NCBI GenBank assembly: GCA_011388305.1
Contig: DSAF01000158.1
Span: forward strand, 2,212-66,211
DNA length: 64,000 nt
From: Candidatus Zixiibacteriota bacterium
GTDB taxonomy: Bacteria > UBP14 > UBA6098
Reading direction: 5' to 3'
Of the stretch, positions 36,401-44,346 are shown piece after piece. A program made the position numbers and the translations under genes. Numbering within the stretch: position 1 is the first letter of the stretch; every line of letters starts with the position of its first letter. The notes beneath the pieces were generated by a model, which worked only from the letters and a program-made list of their open reading frames with translations, did no database searches and was not told where the DNA came from.

Positions 36401-37782
36401 TCGGCGCACCAATCGATAACATATTCAGCGACTCAACATTCATCGTTATCGACAGTTCATACACCATTCTCGCGGAATTCCGCGAGGCGGTTTGGGTCGA
36501 GATAATCAAAAGCCCGCCGGGCAATGACCTCGGCTGGATTAGGATAAACACCGATACTACTTATGGCGAGGCTTTCGCCGGATATCTCGTCCGCGATTTC
36601 GAATACACAGTTCAAGTCTCGCCCTATGACGCAAACTCCGATGTGATGTTCAATTTCCTGCACTGGCGCGTGGATTCACTTGCCGCGTCCCAAAGAACAT
36701 TCACCCCCCTCTCGGACACCGTGCTCTATGCCGACTATCAGAGGTTCTGGCATATCATCATCGAGAAGCATCCGCCGGACAATCACCTCGGCAAGCTCGA
36801 GGTTGACGAAATCACTTATGCCGGCGCGGCTTCCGTCCGACAGTCTTTTTGGTGGGAGGACGGGAGCATTCACCGCTTCAATGTGACAGCGAGAGATTCT
36901 ACCCCGACTATCAGATACGATTTCAATCGCTGGAACGACGGCTCGACTTCTGTCAGCAGAATTTATGGTCCGGTCACCGGCCCGGATTCACTGGCCGCTC
37001 TTTACAATAAGACCGTCCTCTGCCGCGTCGAGAAGGTGCCGTCGCAACCATACGGCGCCATCGAGATTACGGGAACGCGTTATTACGGTGTCGGCGCGGT
37101 GGATTTCTGGCATCCATGGGGCGATGCGGTCGTTTTGGCCGTGAGCAAGTATGACGCCCACGACGATTCGGTCTATATATTCTCGCATTGGGATATCCCG
37201 GGAGAGCCTACGGATAGCGCATGGACTTGGCTCGATGTGAGAGAGCCACAGACGTTCAGAGCTATATACAACGGCTCCAAAATCAACATATATTTCGAGA
37301 TTGGACAGCATGGCGTCATGCCGCGTGACAGCATTTACTGGCTTATCCCCGATTCGCTGGATTTCGGCGAGGAGAGGGTAATGCCGATTCAGGATTCTAT
37401 TAGGATAGTGAGCCTCTCGAACGTCCCAATCGACTTTTCGCTGGGCATCGACCGAATAAAGGACTTGAACACCGGCACGCTTGATCCTCATTGGACGCCG
37501 GCATATTTCGCGGGCGTCGGCAGATTTGCGCTTCATGCACAATTCACGGATCTGTCCACGCCGCCGGTGACATGGGCGAGGATCCACGATTACGTTAAGG
37601 ATACGCCGTTCTGGGCGTCATCGATAATTTTCGGACCGGGGGGACATTACATTCAGCCCGAGGGATATCCGAACAGCTCGACAATGCTGTGGTTCAAATT
37701 CACAGCGCCGCTCGCATCCGAAAACTCGACGCACCAGCGGGCGATATGCCTCAAGCTTTCGGCAAGGATGTATTTACCATAA
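33421..37782 (+). CDS. giant secreted protein (1453 aa) with an FN3-like N-terminal region and more than ten tandem InlB-B-repeat-like (Listeria-Bacteroides repeat-like) modules
   Basis: Signal peptide, then repeated ~70-aa modules with the pattern P-x-P-x-G-x-(H/Y)-W-Y/F...C-x-G-W-x-G-x-G...F-T-M...W-x-W. Examples: YGHPHPSGVYVVPRGT...CTGWLGDGDVVP...LSFTMTDNGWLVWQW and FGDPLPTRGMHRYPRGT...CSGWSGTGSVPG...VSFTLDAFSTLTWNW. Confidence 0.75.
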   Translation: MPQPKKSLRFSHIALAILSLCSIAVAQTEIIFDVISAGGNEHFGVTSSRYKLTSTIGQSTPISAEPLTGTSHSIFPGYRKIDRDYWYPFSWFTITVHYASATSFELTWSGMDTTSHDGEGWGIWNYDLQYRTEGGAWTDWHMATVETSATFGPSAPVVVEEGESYYFRLRARDKVRNVAPWTEESGHDTTVITVNYTVEFCIHTPAPGLSTDAFNFATIEYFPVAGLPTSVNLWEGECVELSCVPGERASISRTTSDSDGEERWAVSNIDDTAFVITGSTDYDIPFWHQIRPTVHLVGTDITHTVSTLQREEFGSPHLESGLWELWTDWLDYGSTLEFSEWTTGSPARRAEADDSVRFRDITSSFTDTINYTAAGNMVTIQTNFGDSVYVDGTRFPSPHHTNWFIGSSHEIAVCRTVHISDCERWVFQQWHDGSIDTSRMVTIDSDTVFTAIFERQLRVEITNPSGIGYPIPAVGSYWFAEGDTVEGHMDVTGVVDYMLVGWLGTGSALSGGGASFWFIIHDCSSIEWRWVPASDDLCTLRVYSRYGHPHPSGVYVVPRGTLVWASVEDSTFEGGDWHHCTGWLGDGDVVPAEGDSNILSFTMTDNGWLVWQWDGNLELPLVVSSSPSIHGPPVPPVGTHWYEIDSPISAFVEENPDEDWFCTGYIASGALPTTSADSVHFILSAPTEIDWQWVYYPSGPLDTVWIFSRFGDPLPTRGMHRYPRGTVVTAVVTPFDGPNYCSGWSGTGSVPGLGTGTSVSFTLDAFSTLTWNWNDELLVPLVVINPGGYGNPTPNEGVHWYEMFTEVSASVTSPYSGWFCVGYNGFGSVPGFGYPPYCHFTIAVASGIEWLWADEAYILRVTAPAYSDPVPPAGITYHPPGRHIVATNVDTLWEHDAFRYVCKGWTGDGTVVPIAGTTSMADFTMTANATLEWLYQTQFYLELDYYGLPEGIEPDVLDFEGWFARNDTVVLVTDSVVMDGDDPYVFLRWDDSGIGAPIDNIFSDSTFIVIDSSYTILAEFREAVWVEIIKSPPGNDLGWIRINTDTTYGEAFAGYLVRDFEYTVQVSPYDANSDVMFNFLHWRVDSLAASQRTFTPLSDTVLYADYQRFWHIIIEKHPPDNHLGKLEVDEITYAGAASVRQSFWWEDGSIHRFNVTARDSTPTIRYDFNRWNDGSTSVSRIYGPVTGPDSLAALYNKTVLCRVEKVPSQPYGAIEITGTRYYGVGAVDFWHPWGDAVVLAVSKYDAHDDSVYIFSHWDIPGEPTDSAWTWLDVREPQTFRAIYNGSKINIYFEIGQHGVMPRDSIYWLIPDSLDFGEERVMPIQDSIRIVSLSNVPIDFSLGIDRIKDLNTGTLDPHWTPAYFAGVGRFALHAQFTDLSTPPVTWARIHDYVKDTPFWASSIIFGPGGHYIQPEGYPNSSTMLWFKFTAPLASENSTHQRAICLKLSARMYLP

Positions 37783-37825
37783 TCAATATGCGTTATTGGA
37801 TAATTCCCAAAGACATGGAGCAGAT

Positions 37826-40111
37826 ATGAAAAAGACAATTCTTCTTGCGCTCGTGATGATGTTAGCCGTGACGGCTCTCATGGCCGAGATTCCCCGCAAA
37901 ATTAACTATCAGGGGAAGCTGGCCGACGCAGACGGCATCGGCATCGAGGACGATGTGAATATGGTGTTCTCGCTTTTCGCCGGCCCGACGGGCGGGACGC
38001 CACTCTGGACGGAAACGCACAGCGGTGTTTCGGTGCAGAAGGGGCTTTTCGATGTCCTTTTAGGTTCGGTGACGGCGTTTCCCGAAGCGCTTCGCTTCGA
38101 CGCGCCATATTGGCTGGAGATTACCGTCGATGGCGACATAATGCGGCCGAGGGTTCAATTCTATTCTGTGCCATACGCTCTCTCGGCGGGCACCGCGACC
38201 TCGGTTTCATCGAGCGCCGCCGGAAGGGGACTCTCAGTCGATGCGGGAGACTCACTACATGTGAACGTCCGCGACGGCATCGAGATTTTCAACGACTCGC
38301 TTCAGATTAAGAACGCGGGCGTCTCCTGGCCAAAGCTCGACGAGGAGGTCAAGGACAGCATTCGATACGCTATCGGCGCGGGCGGTGTGAGCAGTCTCAA
38401 CACGCTCACCGGCGACTTGTCCATTGTAGGCGAGGGGGGCGTCTCGGTGAGCGCCGAGGGGTCGAACATTGTCGTAGATCTCACGCTCGCTCCGGGGGAT
38501 TGCCCGATGCTGATTGACCTCACAGAAGGCTCGACCGGCAATCAATATGTCCCGACGAACGTTCAGACTTTCACCCCGTCTATAGGCCAGTTTCTCATTC
38601 TCGGCGACGATATTGGTTGCACCGGCGGGCGCATGTATGGCGCGACTCTCATCGCCACATCGACATCCGGCACGATACCCGATGTAGATATCTGGTTCGA
38701 CAATGTCCTCTTGAGCGACCTCTCGGGCGGCTCGGTCTTCCCGTCGGGAACGCCGATTATCTCTGGCGCAACGCTGACAATCAACCCCGACAGCACCGTC
38801 GAGCTGACCTTCCCGCGAGGCTTTGTGTATGCCGGCAATAATCTGCTTGTCACCATGCGCAAAAACAGCACCGCCGGAATCTTCTCGGCATGGGTGGGCA
38901 AGCCTACGGCGACTGTCAACGCGCGATACACACCGGACGCTTCGAGCTTCCCGATGACGCACACGGCGAATTTCCGCCCGAATATCAAGCTCAATTTCCT
39001 CGCACCGGAGATTCCCGACATCGTAAACGATGTCAACGGCATCACCGGCTCGGTGAACATTATCGGCGGAACGGCAATCAATGTCGAAACGGCCGGCTCG
39101 GACATCACCATCAATTACACCGGCGAGTTCGAGGATGACGAAAACTGGAATTTCCGCGTCACCGACGGCGCGGACACAACGCTCATCACCAGAGGTCGCT
39201 GGGGACTCGCGCGCGGCGGCAACACTCTCCACGGCAACGCCGACTCGACTCACACGAATTGGGGCATCGCTTCGGTGACGGGAACATCCGGCTCGAATTA
39301 CAAGTATGCCACTGTAGGCGGCGGCGCAAACAATTTGGCCGGACATACTTGGACGACTGTCTCCGGAGGCTCGGAGAATCAGGCGCTCGGCCCTGGCGCG
39401 ACCGTTGGCGGAGGTTTTCTCAACACCGCGAGAGACTCGGCATCCGTCATCGGCGGCGGAAGCTGGAACGAAACCAGCGGCAAGTATTCAACTATCGCCG
39501 GCGGAAATAACAACACCGCATCAGGGCTTTGGTCAACTGTAGGCGGCGGATACAGCAACTCCGCAAGCGAAATGAACGCCACCGTCGCGGGAGGATTCCA
39601 GAATGCCGCGAGCGGGCTTTGGTCTGCAATCGTCGGAGGACACAATAACCAAGCCCAGTTCGACTATGCCGCTGTCGGCGGCGGAAGGAACAACATCGTC
39701 GCGGGCGAAAGGGCTGTCATCCCCGGCGGAAGCCTTCTGAAGGTCGGCTCACGGAGCTTCGGCTTCAGAGGAGGAATCGGCGGCAATCCCACTACACTGT
39801 CCGATGTCTCCGGCTCGCCCGAGACTTTCCATATCGTCGATGCGCATTTCCACCATAATTATAATAATTCCGCGGCTCATTTCCGCGTGGACGGAACGAC
39901 GGACTTCATGATTTACATGAATGCGACATCGAACCGCATAGGCTTCAACACGAACACGATGAGCCGAATGATAGACATCAACGGCACGGTGGGAATCAGC
40001 GACACATTAGACATGCGCCAAAACCAGACGATTAACATGGTGCTCGAAAACCGCACGGACAATCCGCCGAGTCCGGTTATCGGCCAGATTTGGATGCGCA
40101 TCGACCTTTAG
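37826..40111 (+). CDS. cell-surface / tail-fibre-like protein with N-terminal beta-sandwich repeats and a C-terminal Gly-rich 'GG' head-repeat region
   Basis: Signal peptide (MKKTILLALVMMLAVTALMA) and the N-terminal module KINYQGKLADADG...TPLWTETHSGVSVQKGLFDVLLGSV...YWLEITVDG. The C-terminal half is made of repeated ATVGGGxNNxASGxWSTVGGG units (YadA-head/Hep_Hag-like). Confidence 0.65.
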   Translation: MKKTILLALVMMLAVTALMAEIPRKINYQGKLADADGIGIEDDVNMVFSLFAGPTGGTPLWTETHSGVSVQKGLFDVLLGSVTAFPEALRFDAPYWLEITVDGDIMRPRVQFYSVPYALSAGTATSVSSSAAGRGLSVDAGDSLHVNVRDGIEIFNDSLQIKNAGVSWPKLDEEVKDSIRYAIGAGGVSSLNTLTGDLSIVGEGGVSVSAEGSNIVVDLTLAPGDCPMLIDLTEGSTGNQYVPTNVQTFTPSIGQFLILGDDIGCTGGRMYGATLIATSTSGTIPDVDIWFDNVLLSDLSGGSVFPSGTPIISGATLTINPDSTVELTFPRGFVYAGNNLLVTMRKNSTAGIFSAWVGKPTATVNARYTPDASSFPMTHTANFRPNIKLNFLAPEIPDIVNDVNGITGSVNIIGGTAINVETAGSDITINYTGEFEDDENWNFRVTDGADTTLITRGRWGLARGGNTLHGNADSTHTNWGIASVTGTSGSNYKYATVGGGANNLAGHTWTTVSGGSENQALGPGATVGGGFLNTARDSASVIGGGSWNETSGKYSTIAGGNNNTASGLWSTVGGGYSNSASEMNATVAGGFQNAASGLWSAIVGGHNNQAQFDYAAVGGGRNNIVAGERAVIPGGSLLKVGSRSFGFRGGIGGNPTTLSDVSGSPETFHIVDAHFHHNYNNSAAHFRVDGTTDFMIYMNATSNRIGFNTNTMSRMIDINGTVGISDTLDMRQNQTINMVLENRTDNPPSPVIGQIWMRIDL

Positions 40112-40224
40112 GAAATATTCGTGCCGGTTATCATTTCATCGGCAAAATTCCCGTTGAACTGGATGGGAAAATTGTTATATTGCATGAAAATTTGATACGC
40201 ACTATTATAAAAGTAAGGAGAGAG

Positions 40225-41172
40225 ATGAGGGGTATTATCTTAACACTGGCGCTTATCGCGGTTGCCGGGATGGCTATCAATACGACGCCGTATTTCCCGA
40301 TAGCGCTCGGACATGAGTGGGTCTATCAGGATTCATCGGAGGCCGGATATGACACATCGCGCGCCTTAGTCAGCGGGATGACCACGATTCACGGGCACGA
40401 GACCTTTATCGTCACGAAGAGGGGCGTCGAAGGCATCGATAGCTCGTTCTATCAGGTTCGCCCCGAGGGTTTCTACGAAATGTTCAATCTTTATGTGGAA
40501 ATGGCAGACATTTCAATCGAGAACTATCCGGTGCTGTTCATGAAGAACCCAGCCGAAATCGGCGAAAGATGGGCGGCTATGTCGATTGATACGAGCATGA
40601 TGGTTATGGGTTTTCCGGTCGATCTGACCATCGATGTCATAGCCGAGTTCGAGGGCTTCCACGATTTGATTCTCCCAATCGGCGACATGCGCGACTGCAT
40701 TAAAATAACTGCCCTCGCAGACTGGAAAATCGACGCGGGCGCACTCTTCGCAGACTCCGGTCAGGATCTCTACTCGATTTCATATTATGTCGAGAATGTC
40801 GGCCTCGTCAGCCAAACGGAGTTTGACATCATGGGCGCCATGATGGGCGGCTCGATGGACGCCACCACTTCCAAGCTCATCAGCTATGACTTCTCCTCCA
40901 TTGAGGAGCTTATCGATCGTCCGGAGGGCATGGAGCTTTCCGCCTTCCCGAACCCGTTCAACTCTGCGGTGACTATCCGCCTTCCGAGCGCCGATGTCCG
41001 GCGCGTGGAAATTTTCGACGTCACGGGCAGAGTCGTCGAGACGCTCGATGTCCCTTCCGGCGCAGGCTTCGTAGGATGGGAGCCTTCGCAGACGGCGCAA
41101 TCAGGCGTTTACTTCATCAAGGCTTTTGCCCCAGCCGCCGAGTTCTCTACACGCGCAGTCTATCTAAAATAG
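40225..41172 (+). CDS. hypothetical secreted protein with a T9SS C-terminal sorting domain
   Basis: SD AAGGAGAG before the ATG. Signal peptide present. C-terminus LSAFPNPFNSAVTIRLPS...GVYFIKA. Confidence 0.75.
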   Translation: MRGIILTLALIAVAGMAINTTPYFPIALGHEWVYQDSSEAGYDTSRALVSGMTTIHGHETFIVTKRGVEGIDSSFYQVRPEGFYEMFNLYVEMADISIENYPVLFMKNPAEIGERWAAMSIDTSMMVMGFPVDLTIDVIAEFEGFHDLILPIGDMRDCIKITALADWKIDAGALFADSGQDLYSISYYVENVGLVSQTEFDIMGAMMGGSMDATTSKLISYDFSSIEELIDRPEGMELSAFPNPFNSAVTIRLPSADVRRVEIFDVTGRVVETLDVPSGAGFVGWEPSQTAQSGVYFIKAFAPAAEFSTRAVYLK

Positions 41173-41186
41173 CGGCCAAGTTTTAA

Positions 41187-42410
41187 GTGAAAAAGCTGGT
41201 CACCATCGCGGTTCTCGCCGTTGTCGTCGCCACGACGATAGCGGCGAGAACCGGCGTTGTGGTTTGGGAGACTATCAACCTGCGCGAGGGGCCGGGCACC
41301 CGCTATCACCGTCTCGGGAATTTCGAAAAGGGCAAGTATTTCGCCATTCTCGGTCAAGAGGGCAACTGGGTCGAGGTCAACGCCAACGGCATTCACGGAT
41401 ATTTCTACAAAGACGGCATCAAAGAGGTCAAGACGCTCGGAACTTACATCGTTCGCGAGGATGAAGTCCTCTTTCGCTGGGGGCCGGGAGAGCGATTCGA
41501 TACGCTCGCCATCCGAGAAGGGGGGATTGCCATCGAGGTGGTATGGGAGCACGGACAATACCTTTTCGGCCAGTTCAACGGCTCGGGCGTGTGGTTCAAC
41601 CGCGATGCGGTAATCAAGATTCTCCCCTCGGACGACGAAGTTCCCGGGCTGGAGTCGCCGCTTGTGGATGACATCCCCGAACTTCCGGAAATTCCCGAAG
41701 TGGTCGTGCCAGCGGTTGAAAAGCCTCCGGTGCGAACCGAGCCAACGGTGCAGATTACTCGGAGAGTCCCGGAACCTCCCCCGAAAACGCCCTCCCGATG
41801 GCGCTGGGGCGCGATGGTCTCCGCCAATAACGCGTGGGTTCACAGCGAGGTTGCCGATCCTTTGCAGGACATCTCCATTCCCACTATCACTATCGGCGAG
41901 GACTATCGCCAGAGCTTGCTGGGCGGCCAGTTCCGCGCGCATGTGGGGTTTTCCCCGGGGAAAAAGCGCCGATGGGAAATCGCACTTCTTCCGTCCGTCG
42001 CGTGGACGCCCAAGAGCCACATCGTCAACATCCACGGCGAAAACCACACCGTGACAGACGAATATCTTCGCGCAGGCGGCGAGCTTGGCTTGGCGTTCAA
42101 ACCTCACCGCTCTTTTGCTTTGGGGATAGGCGGCGGGTGCACAATGATAGAGCACGAGATGCGCCTTTCCAGCCAAAACGGCACGAGCGAGCAAGTCTTG
42201 ATGGACGGCTCTTTCCTTGCTCCTATGGGGTTCTTCGAGTTTCGCATTGGCGCGGGAGCTTTGAAGACCGTCGCGGGCGCGAGCTGGACGCAATGGATTT
42301 CCGACAACACGCGCTTCTTCGTCGAGCGCGACGGCACGCCGATTCCCATCGGCGGGGATGTCAACAGAGAATCGTTCGAGGTATATATTGGCCTTATGCT
42401 TTCGAAATAG
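41187..42410 (+). CDS. SH3b-domain protein with a C-terminal beta-rich (possibly outer-membrane) region
   Basis: N-terminal SH3b motif (VNLREGPGTRYHRLGNFEKGKYFAILGQEGNWVEV), a Pro/Glu-rich linker and a ~200-aa beta-strand-rich C-terminus. Confidence 0.6.
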   Translation: MKKLVTIAVLAVVVATTIAARTGVVVWETINLREGPGTRYHRLGNFEKGKYFAILGQEGNWVEVNANGIHGYFYKDGIKEVKTLGTYIVREDEVLFRWGPGERFDTLAIREGGIAIEVVWEHGQYLFGQFNGSGVWFNRDAVIKILPSDDEVPGLESPLVDDIPELPEIPEVVVPAVEKPPVRTEPTVQITRRVPEPPPKTPSRWRWGAMVSANNAWVHSEVADPLQDISIPTITIGEDYRQSLLGGQFRAHVGFSPGKKRRWEIALLPSVAWTPKSHIVNIHGENHTVTDEYLRAGGELGLAFKPHRSFALGIGGGCTMIEHEMRLSSQNGTSEQVLMDGSFLAPMGFFEFRIGAGALKTVAGASWTQWISDNTRFFVERDGTPIPIGGDVNRESFEVYIGLMLSK

Positions 42411-44313
42411 CGCGCGCTGGGCGTTTCTTTTCGCCATTCTCGCCGCCGTTTCTTGCGGATGGGAGGAGAAAAGCCCCGTCTCGCAATATCCCGAGCTTCG
42501 ATGGGGGGTGAGCTTCCACGCCGAAAGTGGCATCATCGAGGCGGAGTTCTGCAATATTCTCGTGCGCGGCGACTTCTCCCGCGACAACATCTCCGCCGAA
42601 CCGGCAGATTTCGCGGTAATTCTCACGCCGGATACCAATTACTATTTCTACTCGCCCAAGCAGGGGAATCTCGAGAATTTGAGCCTACGATTGAGCATAG
42701 ACGCGCTGATTCTGCTCCTTCGCGACCAAGGCTACTTCGGCGAAGCGCACCGGCGGCCGGATTTTTACGCGTCGCAGTTCGTCGGCATAGACATCTCCGG
42801 CGATCAGGATGCGCCCGAAAAGCTTTTCGAGAACAGGCTGAACCGATTCGCCGGCATCGTCTCCGGCGGCTCGATGAAGATTTTGCCGTCGCCTTCGGGC
42901 GGAACTTCGCTCGTTGCGCCTTTTCTCTTCGACGAGATGGGCGCGATAGTGCAGAACGACGGGCACACGGCGATGTTGCCCTGCAGGATTTCGCCGCCGC
43001 CGGACACGGCATATCTATACAACGCGAACTCGCTGGCCATGCTTCTCGAGCCGCTTTCAGCGTCCTACATCGAGGAATTCGGGGAGCTGTTTTACGAGGG
43101 TATTTCCGTTTCGCCGCCGCTGGTAGCGCGTCTCTCTATCGCCGACCAGATGGGCATTCTCGCGCTGGTTATCGATGCTTTCTCATCCGAGGCGACCGGC
43201 GATGAGAACGTCGATTCAGCCGAAGTGCGGCTTACCAGCAGAATCGAGCCTTTGGCCGAAGATTTCGACCTCTCGCTCCGTAATACATTGAGCTATCGGG
43301 AGATTTCCGCCCTCTTTCGCGAGATTATCACAGCCGATATCCTCGAACGCCTCATCGATTCCCCCGCCGAGACAACGGTTATCTCCTTTACCGCTAATGC
43401 ACTGCGGCACATATTGTTAGGCGTAGATTCGCTGGTCGGTGCCGTGGAGACATACGCGCGTCCGCCGTTCGCGAAATGGGCTGGAAGAATCCCCAGTGTC
43501 AATATCGAAGCGCCGATTTCCGGCGAGACCTATTCGCGCTCCGAGGAGGTCGAGTTCATCGGCTCTGCGACAGACCCAGAAGACGGCGCTATCCCCGGCA
43601 ATATGCTGAACTGGCGCTCATCCCGCGATGGCGACTTGGGCATCGGCGCGACGATTCGCCGAAGAATCTCCTCCGGCGACCACGAGATAATCCTCTCTGC
43701 GGAGAACTCAAACGGCTTTGTAGCTGAGGACACGGTGCACATCACAGTTGATTTGGGCAGGCCGCCTTATGTTCGAATTCTCTCGCCCGAGAGCAACTCC
43801 GAGTTTCAGAACACACTGCTGGTGGCCTTCCTCGGCCATGCCGAGGATTTCGAGGACGGCCTCCTCACCGGCGAATCGCTGGAGTGGACGTCCTCGATTG
43901 ATGGATTCTTGGGCTATGGAACTTCAATCGAGCGCGAGCTGTCCGTCGGCACACATACAATCACATTCACCGCCACTGACAGCGACGGGCTTTCCTCCTC
44001 GGACGAAATCACAATCGAGGTCATCCTCAACACGCCGCCGGATGTCTGGATTATCTTGCCACGCGACGGGGACACGCTGTCGATGATAGGCCTGAACATC
44101 TTCATCGGCGGCGCAACCGACGCTGAAGACCTCGTCATTCCGGCGGACAACCTCGTCTGGACATCGAGCCGCTCCGGCGAAATTGGCAGAGGGTTCTTCT
44201 TCCAGCTAATGTTCATGATGCCCGGCAGGCACGAGATTGTTCTCACTGCGACGGACTCCGGCGGCCTCTCCGCCGCGGACACTATCGAGGTTTTCGTCAG
44301 TTTCAGCGATTGA
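42358..44313 (+). CDS. lipoprotein with three C-terminal tandem Ig-like (~90 aa) repeats
   Basis: Lipobox LAAVSC. The C-terminal repeats follow the pattern P-x-V-x-I...G...V-x-F-x-G-x-A-x-D-x-EDG...L-x-W-x-SS-x-DG-x-LG...G-x-H-x-I. The start is uncertain: the ORF-track ATG overlaps the upstream gene by 53 nt, and a downstream TTG is possible. Confidence 0.6.
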   Translation: MSTENRSRYILALCFRNSARWAFLFAILAAVSCGWEEKSPVSQYPELRWGVSFHAESGIIEAEFCNILVRGDFSRDNISAEPADFAVILTPDTNYYFYSPKQGNLENLSLRLSIDALILLLRDQGYFGEAHRRPDFYASQFVGIDISGDQDAPEKLFENRLNRFAGIVSGGSMKILPSPSGGTSLVAPFLFDEMGAIVQNDGHTAMLPCRISPPPDTAYLYNANSLAMLLEPLSASYIEEFGELFYEGISVSPPLVARLSIADQMGILALVIDAFSSEATGDENVDSAEVRLTSRIEPLAEDFDLSLRNTLSYREISALFREIITADILERLIDSPAETTVISFTANALRHILLGVDSLVGAVETYARPPFAKWAGRIPSVNIEAPISGETYSRSEEVEFIGSATDPEDGAIPGNMLNWRSSRDGDLGIGATIRRRISSGDHEIILSAENSNGFVAEDTVHITVDLGRPPYVRILSPESNSEFQNTLLVAFLGHAEDFEDGLLTGESLEWTSSIDGFLGYGTSIERELSVGTHTITFTATDSDGLSSSDEITIEVILNTPPDVWIILPRDGDTLSMIGLNIFIGGATDAEDLVIPADNLVWTSSRSGEIGRGFFFQLMFMMPGRHEIVLTATDSGGLSAADTIEVFVSFSD

Positions 44314-44346
44314 GTGCGGTAATTGTTTTCGGCGGATGGACGCCTG

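Noticed and set aside
38255-39346. 363-aa minus-strand ORF opposite the GG-repeat surface protein
   Set aside because: A shadow ORF of the Gly-codon-rich repeats (GGC/GCC symmetry keeps the antisense frame open). The product is Arg/Ala-rich and non-protein-like.
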